Of a stretch of 64,000 bases of DNA, positions 1 to 10,639 are shown piece by piece. Under the pieces are notes generated by a model that made no database searches, was not told the DNA's origin, and saw nothing but the letters and a program-made list of their open reading frames with translations. The stretch lies in assembly GCF_009914755.1 (NCBI RefSeq), contig NC_060927.1; one strand, written 5' to 3'. The DNA comes from the human T2T-CHM13v2.0 reference genome, Homo sapiens. The first letter of the stretch is position 1; each line of letters opens with the position of its first letter. The position numbers and the translations under genes were made by a program.

Positions 1-507
1 TATGTGTAGCAACTGATGATTAATAAAAAGTGTAGAATTTTTTTAAGTAAATTTGCTTACTTAGAATAAACATACAAAAAGGGCATAAAACATGTATACA
101 GTTCAATGAATATTCATAAAGTAAAAATACCTAATCATCACCCAGATGAAGAAACAGAACATTTGGATGTATAGTTCTTCCTATTAACCTGCCTGAGACT
201 TACTGGTCTTCTTGAATCTGTGAATTGGTGATTTTTTCTGGAAAGTTCTCAGCCAGTTTTTAAATATTGCTTCTGCCTCATTTTCATTTTTTTTTTTTCC
301 CACCTGGAACTCCGTCACTTTACGTTGGATCTCTTCATTCTACTCTCCATGTCTCTCAGCCACTTGCTTTACATTATCACTGTTTATCTTGCTGGGCTGC
401 ATTTTGGAAAACTTCAGATCTAGCTTCCCATTCACTAATTGTCTCTTCACCTTTGTCTAATTCACAGATACAAGGTTTTTAATTGCCATAATACACTATA
501 GTGCTAT

Positions 508-840
508 ATAGTCACTCCTTATCTATGGGGGGATGTTCCAAGACCTCCAACCCCAGTGGATGCCCGAAATGGTGGCGAGTACTGAACCCTATATATGCTG
601 TGTTTCCCCTTTACATACATACCTATGATAAAGTTTAATTTATAAATTAGGCACAGTAACAAATTAACAATAACTAATGAGAAAACAATTATAACAATAC
701 ACAGTAATAAAAGTTATGTGAATGTGGTCTCTCTCAAAGTATCTTATTGCATGTGATAGTTTCGGACATGGTTGACCACAGGTAGCTGAAACCACAGAAA
801 GGGAAATTGGAGATGCCAGGGGTGGGGGCCAGACTACTGT
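508..840 (-). mobile_element. MER44A (Tigger7-derived MITE)
   Basis: Matches the recalled MER44A consensus in reverse (..gagagagaccacattcacataacttttattac..aatttataaattaaactttatcataggtatgtatg..); ends in actactg-ta. Confidence 0.85.
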
Positions 841-1068
841 ATTTTTTATTTCCAGAATACTGGTTTGGTTCTTTTGCAAATCTGCTCCTATGTTCACATC
901 TTTTAGTTCTTAAGTAATTTTTAAACATACCTAAATTCCATGGCTGATAATTCTGATGTCTGAAGTCTTCATAAGTCTGGTTCTACCATGTGATTTTCGA
1001 TGTTGGTTATTTTGCACCTGAGGCTCTGTTACCTTGTGTGTCTGATGAGCTTTTCTGCAACCTGTTCG

Positions 1069-1319
1069 TTTCTCTTTTCTATTTTAAAAATAACTTAAAG
1101 CTCTTGGCTCAAAATGTATTGCTCCCTTCCTTTGATGCTCATTTCCCAGCAAGCTATCGTCCTACATGGGGCCAGACTCCTAGTCGCACTGTGGGGAGGG
1201 ACAGGTGCTGTGCCCATCATACTCAGCAGCGGTGAGGCAGTACATCATGAAGTGGCCCAGGTCATGTTTGGGGATGATCCTTGAGGGTCATTGTCCATCC
1301 AGGGTCACTGAGTAGGCCC
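1069..1319 (-). pseudogene. BLVRBP1: 5'-truncated processed pseudogene of BLVRB (biliverdin reductase B / flavin reductase); probably BLVRBP1
   Basis: Minus 1317-1180 translates [44 protein letters not shown], 32/45 identical to the recalled BLVRB C-terminus [45 protein letters not shown]. Followed by BLVRB-like 3'UTR (caaaggaagggagcaataca..gagccaagagctt) and an A-rich tail; internal TGA at 1290-1288. Confidence 0.85.
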
Positions 1320-1946
1320 TAAGATTCTCATATGTCTTGAAACTTTATCAGGGAGAATTCTTTGAGAGCTGATATGAATAAAGCTTTGTCCAGGTAGGAT
1401 CTACATTTTCTTCTATCAAGTGTTTGAGACTTCCAACATTCTGGGACCAGTGGGACCACTTAAATTCTTGGATTCTCATGTACAAAAACCCACATGAAGG
1501 TTGGCTCAGTTCTCAAGGAAGACCTTTTTTTCAGTCCAGTAAGTGGCAAGGTTTAACTTTTGTATGGGATGCCAGGAGGGCAGATTTGCTATTAGTTCAC
1601 AGAGGGTGTCACCCTTTGGGGCCCCAGCTTTACGGAGAGTTCTATTAGGGCCCTCATTTTGCAAAGGTTTTGGTTTGTCTTGAGCCCAGGCATCGAGAAC
1701 CCCAAAAAACAATGTTCAGTTTCACCTGGTTTGTCAAATACCCTCAAGGCAAAGGTCAGACTTTGGCATTCTGCTACCTCTTTTACATTCTGCCAAAGTA
1801 TTCCTTATTTTCTTGCCAGCTCATTGCTGTATTTTTAAAATATTTGTTGCTATTCTTTATTTACCTAGTATTTTTAGCTGTTTGCATAGAGAGGATCAGA
1901 TCAGGTAACTATTCCACCATGAAACTAGAAACAGAAGTGGCTGGCC

Positions 1947-2239
1947 GGCTGGGTGCAGTGGCTCATGCCTGTAATCCCAGCACTCTGGGAGGCTGAGGCA
2001 GACGGATCGCCTGAAGTCAGGAGTTTGAGACCAGCTTGGCCAACATGGTGAAACCCCATCTCTAGTAAAAATACAAAAATTAGCTGGGCGTGGTGGCACG
2101 CATCTATAATCCCAGCGACCTGGGTGGCTGAGGCAGGAGAATCACTTGAACCCGGGAGACAGAGGTTGCAGTGAGTCTAGATGGTGCCACTGCACTCCAG
2201 CCTGGGCGACAGAGTGAGACTTTGTCTCGGAAAAAAAAA
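1947..2239 (+). mobile_element. AluS
   Basis: Dimeric Alu with A tail; TSD agaagtgg(c/t)tggcc. Confidence 0.95.
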
Positions 2240-4099
2240 GAAGTGGTTGGCCATTCTTTCTTCAGGTACCTTCTTTCTCTGGTTTCCTTTTCTTGGAACT
2301 CCTGTCATCTATAGGACAGGTATCAGTATAACAAGGTTCTCAAGCTACCCTCCATCTCGCCCTCTTTATCTCTCACTGCCACCTTCTCATGACCGTCTCA
2401 GCTTTAACTTCCAATTTACTAATCCTTTCTTGGACTGTAAGTTAATACTTAGCTCTCTGGTGAGTTTATTTTAAGAGCTGTATTCTTTCTTTCCAAAATT
2501 TCTAATCAGTTCTTTCTTATGTCTAATCTCTGTTCTTAAGGATACCACACGCTCTTTTATCTCTCTGATGTAAAAACAAATGCTCATTTTTAAAACCTTG
2601 TAGGCTGTTACTATTTCAGTTTCCTTGGGTATAAATCCTCCCACCTGGGTTACTGGTCATTCTTTAAGGCATTGGATTTTCTCGTGTATTTTGTAAATTT
2701 TGTTTGAGTACTCATGATGCATGGTACTTTGTTTTTCCTTCTAGGACAACACCCAGGGTCATGAAACCAGAAGCACATCTTTCATTAGCTCTGGGACTGT
2801 CGTACTGGGGGATAACCCTACTCTAGTCCCAGAGCTGATGCTGAGTGGCAGCTTAGTTGCCAGTCACCAGGTATCCAAGTCCTTCAACTGCTACAGACAC
2901 GGATCCTGTTTCCAGCTGCAATCCCAGGAGACGCAGGGAGTCTTTTCACCCTTTTGTTCATAGGAAAAAAAGCCCAGCTCCAGTTTTACCAACTGGACAG
3001 ACGGAGCCTGGCTCCAGTCCTGCATGTACCCCTGGACCTAGGAAATACTGGAAGGGTTTCTGCCCCATGTGGGAGTCAGGGTCTTGGTCTTGTCTTACTA
3101 CTCAATGCAGAAGGTGGCCAGCTACCACTTTAGCCCTCACCCACAGCTAGAAGTTTCTGTTTCTTTTCCACACAGGAATTACCTTCCAAGAATAGTTGCA
3201 TAATTTTAACTTAAAGGGTTTTTCATTGGTTGTGAGCGTGCTGGTCTCTGTGTGCACAAACCCACTCTGCCTCTATGACCAGAGTGCTTGGCACTGTCCG
3301 CCAGAGATGGGCCATTGTGTTTCTGGAATACTGCGGAGAGGAAGAACACACTAGATGGCTTAGGGCAGAGGCAGAAGGCTCAAGGAGAAATCCCAAAGGA
3401 AACTCAAGGGTGTAAGCATCCTGGAGGAGATGCAAGTCCAGCTGGCCACCGGTACTGCAGTCAGAGATGATGCAGCCAGCCAGGTACTCTGGAGAGTCAG
3501 TTCCACAGAGAAGGCTCATGTCCTAAAGCCAGAACCTTGGAGATCTAGGGTCCACAACCACACCTGAAACCCAGCCTACAACGTCCCCATCTCTAGCAGA
3601 ATGGGCCACCCCTCCCATGCAGGGTCTCTGTCCTAGGGGAGCCACAGTCTAGCTCTGACTGGTGGAGTAGGGAGAGAGGCCGCCTGGGGCTGGGGAGAGT
3701 GGGGAAAGCAGTGCCAGCGGCATCAAATCTGGAGTGGCCCTGAGTTGGGGCTTGCCAAGGCCCAGTCTCTCTCACACTGAGGATCCCCAGAGGACCAGGG
3801 TGGGAGCCTCTCCAGCTACTCCATAGACTACTACAAGGCCTAGGTCTGGGGGAGGTCTTAAAAGGACTTTCTCAGACCCTGTCTCTATCACCCAAGGATC
3901 TTGAGATGACCAGCACTGACCATGGAATGGGCCAGGACTTGGCCGCAGAAGGCAGCCCTGAGTGTTTCCCACCCCTCCGGCCTCAACATGCCCAGCCCAA
4001 CACAGGGGTTATTCATACATATTAAGTACCAGCTCTGCAGTCACCCTGTCTCCATCCTGTGGAGCCCAAATCCACTGCACCCTCAGACCTAGGAAATAT

Positions 4100-4438
4100 C
4101 TGACACATTTCTGCCACACACAGGGGTTTACTTGTTTCTATTTCCAGATTTTTTTTTAGAAAGTTCAAAATATATACATATATACAGACATATGTACATC
4201 CACATGTGCAGACACAGGCACGCCCAGAGTTGTTGCTGGTTCTGCCTCCATTCAGAATGGCAGGGGCCACCCAGCAGACAAGGAGCTGACCTCATCCATG
4301 GGGGTTTCAGACTTGATGGGCAGGGAGTCTCTGCTCAGAAGCCAAACTGGAGGTGATGGCAAGCCTAGCCCCCATCCCTGCCCAAGACCATCCCCTGCAG
4401 GACAGGCCTGATGGGCGAGTGGTGGGGCAGGGCATGCC
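4100..4438 (-). other. CCDC12: CCDC12 3' UTR (approximate end)
   Basis: Follows the stop codon; end inferred from the variant poly(A) signal AGTAAA at 4132-4127. Confidence 0.7.
4127..4132 (-). terminator. Variant polyadenylation signal AGUAAA of CCDC12
   Basis: No AATAAA/ATTAAA seen on the minus strand between the stop and here; preceded by UGUA elements. Confidence 0.6.
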
Positions 4439-4521
4439 TCAGTCGGAGTCACAGGTCTTTTGTTCGGTGGCAGCATCCACTGCAGAGGCTAGGCTGTCTT
4501 CCTGGCCTTTCAGCCTTTCAC
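4439..4521 (-). CDS. CCDC12: CCDC12 terminal coding exon 7 (RERLKGQEDSLASAVDAATEQKTCDSD*)
   Basis: Acceptor ccatcccag|GT, stop TGA at 4441-4439; the total spliced CDS is 501 nt = 166 aa plus stop. Confidence 0.97.
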
Positions 4522-4617
4522 CTGGGATGGATGGCAGACAGAAGGGGTGGGGAGGGGCCCGGTGCTTGGGCCACCACCCAGTGGGCAGGACCCCACCTTC
4601 CCAGGCACTGCACTTAC

Positions 4618-4694
4618 GGATCAGCTCGGCAATGGCCCTCTGAGTCCGCTTTTTTAGTTTCTCCAGCTTCTTGGCCACATCTCTCTTGAGGTCC
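4618..4694 (-). CDS. CCDC12: CCDC12 coding exon 6 (DLKRDVAKKLEKLKKRTQRAIAELI), 77 nt
   Basis: Acceptor ctccag|G, donor C|gtaagt; within ORF 4439..4867. Confidence 0.97.
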
Positions 4695-5710
4695 CTGGAG
4701 CAGGGAGGCAGGGAGAAGCAGGAAGGTGAAGGCTGGCCTGATGTGGCATTGGGTCCCCTCCCCTCTTGCAGCCCTCTGGCATTAGGAGTCATGCTCGGTT
4801 GCTGGAGGGGGCTGCCCTGGGGAAGAGGCCAGGACATTCCCCTTCTGTACCCTCCGAAACCCAGCATAAACCATCATTCCCTGTCCCACTGAGGCAGGGG
4901 GACTAGCATCACAAACCCACCCAACACAAGGGACTGAGCTAAGGCAAAGGTGGATGGTTTCTCAGAGACCCTCTCTTGCTCTGGTCCTCTGGTCACCATC
5001 AGGGAGTGACTTGCTCCTGCCCACTGTGGGCCCTGCTCCTCCTCCAGCCACCGGCCCAGCCCCTCCACTGTGGGCACCCAGAAGTGCACAAGCACTCAGC
5101 CCATTCTCTCTGGCTCTGGGTTTCCCAGGACATATGCCCCATGCTTTTGTTTCATCAAATTAAAACAGCTGGTGTTAACTCGACCAAGAATCAGGCGAGA
5201 GGGATATAGCTCTACCTCCGGCTCAAGGTGAAGACAGACACAAGCCTCCCGGCCCACAGCACCCTCTCTCCCACTCTCTCTCAGCCTAGCAAGAAGGATG
5301 ACGACCTCCATTTCACAGAGGAGGAAACCAGGGCCAGAGGGAACAAGCTATGGTGGTAGAACAGGAACAGAAAACTGTGTCTGCCCTTCCCTCCACTCCT
5401 GGCCCCCAAAGACAGCGGTTGGCCTTGCTCAAATGGGAGCTCTGGAGCAGATGGGCTCTCAACCTCTCAGGAGGGCCTTCATGAGGGGCCTGCTGCTCCC
5501 CGCGCCTGAGCCCCACTCCATCACTCCCCTCTCATCCCACCACTTATGTCCTCCTCAGCACTGGTTTCCAACAGTAGCTATCTCGTGTAACTCTATGTCT
5601 GTACTGCCAGTCTCTGCACTGTGACGGCAGGAAGGGCCAAGCCCCAGGCCCATGCTGGCACCAAGAGTCCCCGAGTCAGCCTGCACCCGCCACGCACGGG
5701 CAACACTCAC

Positions 5711-5745
5711 CAGTCAGGCTTCCGAGGAGCGAGGTTGGCCAGGTC
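5711..5745 (-). CDS. CCDC12: CCDC12 coding exon 5 (DLANLAPRKPD-W), 35 nt
   Basis: Acceptor ctcccttcccag|GAC, donor TG|gtgagt; begins the conserved LAPRKPDWDLKRD motif. Confidence 0.97.
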
Positions 5746-5988
5746 CTGGGAAGGGAGGAGACACACATCAGGGTGGAGGGGCCACCCCAGGACAAGGGGG
5801 AGGGCAGGCTCGAGAAGGAGGGAAATGGGAGAAAGAGGAGGAGGAAGGAGAGGGACGAGAGCAAAGGGGCTGGTGGGAAGGGAATAAAGAAGTGACGAGA
5901 AGGAATGGGGGGCAGAGGGAGAGCAAGTGGCGAAGAGAAACAGGACACACAGAAGCAGCGAGGATGCCAGGGTGGTCCAGGCACTCAC

Positions 5989-6050
5989 CACCTCCTCGAT
6001 GACGGGCTCGGGCTTGGCGGCCTCCAGCTGCTCCTTCACCTTCTCCTCCA
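5989..6050 (-). CDS. CCDC12: CCDC12 coding exon 4 (VEEKVKEQLEAAKPEPVIEEV), 62 nt
   Basis: Acceptor caccctctag|TG, donor GTG|gtgagt; within ORF 5707..6063. Confidence 0.97.
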
Positions 6051-6944
6051 CTAGAGGGTGCAATTAAACAGAGAAGGCCTGTGGAAAAGGCGCTGCCACT
6101 CTGCAGGGACACTGCCTACCGTGGCCCCCAGGGAGAGACGGGACCCCAGGCTTCCTTGCTCCCACCTCTGTGTGGCCCGCAACCAGCCAGAGGTGAAGAC
6201 CCTGCAAAGGCAGCTCTGGAGGAGGGGCCTGGGTTTCCCAGGATGAAGCATTCCCCACAGGCCAAGAATGGGACAGCAGGAGGCAGCCAGCCACAGTCAG
6301 TCAGGAAGCATGGATGCTGACAATAACTACAAGACCAGAGAGCTGCCTGGATACATACAAAGTGAGGACTGGCTTCTCACATAATCCCAGGGCTCCTGGG
6401 CTCTGAGGATGTCCTCTGGGTCCCGGCCTAGCCAGAGCCACAGGTGGCTTTTCCTCCATCCCACCTCAGGTGTATGCTCCCAAGACCAGGGCACAGGCAC
6501 CTCCCAGCTCCTCCAAGCTACTGCCAGCATAGTGGGCCTCTGAGCAATCTGACTAGGAGGGTCCTGCCCCTTGGGGACAAATGGCAGAAGCACTAACAAC
6601 TCTGGGCTCTGTGGGCTTCCTCCAACCCCTGGCATTCAGTGGGCCCATGAGTGCCCTCCTGCTCTGCCTCACCTCCCTCCAGATACAGATGAGAGTTGAG
6701 GGCTTCCCCTGACCTGGGCAGTTCCTCACCTCTCTGTCCTGCCTACTGTCCCCCAGTGCACCATTACCCTACCAGGTGGGGCCCAAACTACAAAGCAAAT
6801 CACGGGGAAGTGTCTGGATTTCAGGGATGAAGGAAGTGGGGAAGCAGACCGGGATGTGGCCAAATGGGCAACACTTTACTTTTTCCCAAGATAAATGTAT
6901 TTATTCACTTGTTACTTATGCAATTCAAAAAAAGTTGATAACAA

Positions 6945-7230
6945 GGCAAGGCACAGTGGCTCACACCTGGAATCTCAGCACTTTGGGACGCCAAGGCGGG
7001 TGGATCACTTGAGGTCAGGAGGAGTTCAAGACCAGCCTGGCCGACATGGTGAAACCCTGTCTCTACTAAAAACACAAAAATTAGCCAGGCGCAGTGGCAC
7101 ACACCTGTAATCCCAGCTACTCAGGAGGCTGAGGTTACAGTGAGCTGAGATTATGCCACTGCACTCCAGCCTAGGCGACAGAGCGAGACTCCATCTCAAA
7201 ATAAAATAAAATAAAATAAAATAAATAACA
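6945..7230 (+). mobile_element. AluS with internal right-arm deletion and (TAAAA)n tail
   Basis: Alu consensus; gaggctgagg joined directly to ttacagtgagc. Confidence 0.92.
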
Positions 7231-7837
7231 AACATAAAGAATTAAAATGGGGACCCTCCAGGGCAAGGGCCCAGGGATGCGCAGGACTAAGAAACTTCCT
7301 GGCATGAGTGGTGTGGACGGCCAGAAGCTCCTGGTGGCTGTGCTGTTCCCACGCCATGGCAAGAGTCTAGGCAAGCCCTGGGCCAGGCCCTCTCCCCTGC
7401 CTCAGTGCTCCACACTGCCCGTCCACTGCTGTGTGTGGCTGAATGACTGGCCCCTGTCTCTGACCCACCCAGGGCCCACAGGACCCATCACCCTGCCCTG
7501 CTGCCCAAGGGCCCCATGACCACATCCACTTCTCAGCCAGGAGTCCTCTGAGAGGATGTGGCCTTTTTCAAACCCCACTCAGATCCCTGGGAGGCCTCGG
7601 TCTCAGGGTGTGAGCAGGACTGAGAAGGCACAAGAGGACTCTTCAGTGCCCCGACAGCCTCTGCTGCTGCCGAAGGCCGACTGTGTGCATCTGCCATGAG
7701 ATGGTAACAAAGGGTCCTGCCTGCAGGCCCAACTCCTGTCCTGGTACTGCTGGTTATTCTCAGAGAGCAAAGCCTGCTGAGGTGGAGGGTGGCTGACAGT
7801 GCCAGGAAGCAGAGGTGGAGAGGGACAGCTTGCTTAC

Positions 7838-7917
7838 CTGCAACCGGTTTGGCCTGGGGCACCCTCCTCTTCTTCAGGTCCTCATCCTCCGGGACATAGT
7901 TCCGCAGCCTAAGTTCC
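7838..7917 (-). CDS. CCDC12: CCDC12 coding exon 3 (ELRLRNYVPEDEDLKKRRVPQAKPVA), 80 nt
   Basis: Acceptor tctattcttgcag|G, donor G|gtaagc; lies within ORF 7533..7976; contains the Cwf18-family LRLRNY motif. Confidence 0.97.
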
Positions 7918-10399
7918 CTGCAAGAATAGAGAGAACAAGCAGAGATGAAGTCAGTGTGTGACATGGTCTCATTCATTCATTCATACAATTTGCATAGCCC
8001 GTGAATTCCTGAATTTCCTCTGCACTCTCTGGAGATAGCCTGGTAAGGAGGAGAAGCACAGAATGGAGTGTCATCAGGCAGGCCCCTTGGCACCGTCCCC
8101 TGCCACTTAGCGGGACTGGCTGCCCTCCAGAGGCCCTGTCTACTCTGTTGGAGTACGGTTCTCTTCCAGAGCTGGGCCAAGGACGCCTAGGGAGCATTCA
8201 CAGGGTGTCTCTCCTGGATCATCCCATTTGACAGATAAGGGGACTGGAGGTCAGAGAGACTGTACCCTTTTCATAGGATCACACAGCAGTGGCTGCACAT
8301 CTTAGCTCAAGGCAATGTATAACTCCCAGCCAGGGCTAAAGCTCCTAGGCTGAGTGATTCCCAAAAGAGAAGGCCAGTGGTCACCCACAAATTCCCCAAG
8401 TCTGGCCCCTCTTCAGAGCCTTCCTGCCCTGGGGCTCATGCCATGGAATACGCCTCAACTACTTAGAGAAAAGCATCTGGGTGTGCTGGGCCAGGGGCAT
8501 GTGGCAGTGAGGAGTGACATGTGGACAGAGAAGCAGGTGCTGGAGGGCTCCAGAGGGGCGTGGCTGCCTACAGCTGTGGGAATGTGGAGGGGAGACACTC
8601 CAGGAGGAGGTGGTGCCTGGGCCTGCAATGACGCGGACAGGGTCAAGGCACAAAGCACACGAGAGGCTGACTCAGCTCCAAGACTGTTGAGAGTGGCCAG
8701 TGAGGGCTGTGAAAATAGGCATGACCATGTGCAAGGCTGGGAAGGCCACAGTCCACCAGGACAGCAGTGAGAACTGAACAGCCCCAAAGGCCTCCATGAA
8801 GAGAGAGGAGCCACAAGGGGCCAGAATCTCCCGGCAGGAGCTGCGGCTAGCTACTATGTTTTTATGTTCTTCCTGCCTCAGTCTTTTCAGGCAGGGGTGG
8901 CTGAACCAAGAACTCACTGGGGTCCTCTCTGGCTCAGGGGCTCATCAAATCCTAGCCCCACACACACAGAAGCAGGCTCCCAGGAAAATGTGTCCCTGGT
9001 AACTCCACAGGGCGGCAGGGCGAGAGGTCCTGGGGGCTGCAGGGTCTAAGAAAGGCAAGGCAGAGGCAGTGGGACAGACCCCTAGCCCCAGGGGATGCAG
9101 GAGTGGCCCCTCAGATGCCGGCCAGGTGAGACTAGGCCGCAGGTCCTCCTCCTTCCCCAGTACCTCTTTCGGTTCTTGACCAGTGGTCCCTCAGAAAAGT
9201 CCTGGGCCTCTAAGGCAGGAAACAATTTCCCAACAGGCCTCCCACAGTCTGCCATCTCCCAAGCCCTCTGTCTGGACCAGGTAAAAGTGCTGCTGACTTC
9301 CTCAGGCCCTGCAAAAGCAAGCTTTCCCAGAGGCAGGGGTGTCTGTGGCTACACAGCTAGCAAGCGGCAGTGCTTTGGACTCAGGGGCTTTCAGATGCTA
9401 TTCACTCTCCTATTTAAGGGCTCCACCTGCTTCCTGCCCCCAGCTTACTTACCATCTCCTTCCTTCCTGCCAGGGCCCCTGAGCCTGGAGCCTTGGGGCT
9501 GGGCTGAACCACTGCGGGCGATGGGGCAGTACCAGCATAGCCTGTGTGGAGGAAGCCCACCTGCACTCCCAGAAGGCCCAGAGATACCCCACCCCGTCCC
9601 CCATCCTTGAACACCTGCCTCGGGCCTGGAGGTACATGTCAGGTCACAGAGGTACAGGGAGACAAAGTGGGGCATGACTGGGTGCAAAGGCTTTCGTTCA
9701 CAACAGGGTGGGGAGAAATGAGGAAGAGAAACTGGGTGTGGGAAGAAAACTGCAGGGATTAGTAAGAAAAAAAACTGTCGCTTTCAGAAACGGTCTCCAG
9801 GGTTCTGTGAGAAATCAGAAGGAGAGAGGAGAGGCCACAGGGAACTGTACCCAGAACTCACAGCAGCAACACGCACCCATGCCTCCAGACCCACCCACTG
9901 CCCGAGGCTTCAGAAGGCCAACTGGAGGAGTGAACCAGAAGCAAGAGGCGGGAGCAGAGCCTTGCGCCCACTGTGCCCTGCCACCCCCAGAGCGGAGCAC
10001 TGGCCAAGCAGCCAAGAACATCTAGATCCCGACCACCATGGGAAGGTCTCATTCTGGGCCTCAGTTTCCACATTTAGAAACATTACGGCTGTGCTGGGTG
10101 CATCCAGCTCTATCAAGCTGGGTCCACGCCCTCCCCAGACTCACTCTTGGAGGGTTAATCTGATGTGCAGCCACTGTTGTGTGATCGCGTGAAAATGGTG
10201 CAGTCTCTGACCTCCAGTCCCCTTAGCGTGGAGAGCTAAGAGACTTCCCCTCCCTAATGCCCACTTAACTGCCCACCCCCGGAATTCCACCACTACCAAA
10301 GGACAGGAGTCTCTGGGAGAGGTCAAGGAGCATGGGGGGGTTCAGCTTGGGGACCTGGCCTTTCCAACACAGGCCCAAGATTTAACCTCCCTTATAAAA

Positions 10400-10634
10400 G
10401 CAGGTGGATCACTTTAGGTCAGGAGTTTGAGCCCAGCCTGGCCAACAGGGCGAAACCCGGTCTCTACTAAAAATACAAAAATTAGGTGGGTATGGTGCCA
10501 CATGCCTGTAATCTCAGCTATTCAGGAGGCTGAAGCAGGAGAATCGCTTGAACTGAGGAGGCAGAGGTTGCAGTGAGCTGAGATCGCACCACTGCACTCC
10601 AGCCTAGGCTGCAGACTGTCTCAAAAAAAAAAAA
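10400..10634 (+). mobile_element. 5'-truncated AluS
   Basis: Alu consensus from gcaggtggatcac to the A tail. Confidence 0.92.
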
Positions 10635-10639
10635 TGTAT

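Larger units (their letters stand above)
180..3200 (-). mobile_element. Highly decayed L1ME/HAL1-like fragments hosting MER44A, the BLVRB retrocopy and an Alu
   Basis: T-rich plus strand with antisense-L1 phrases (cttgaatctgtgaattg, ggaaagttctcagcc, ttcactaattgtctcttc); family and limits uncertain. Confidence 0.45.
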
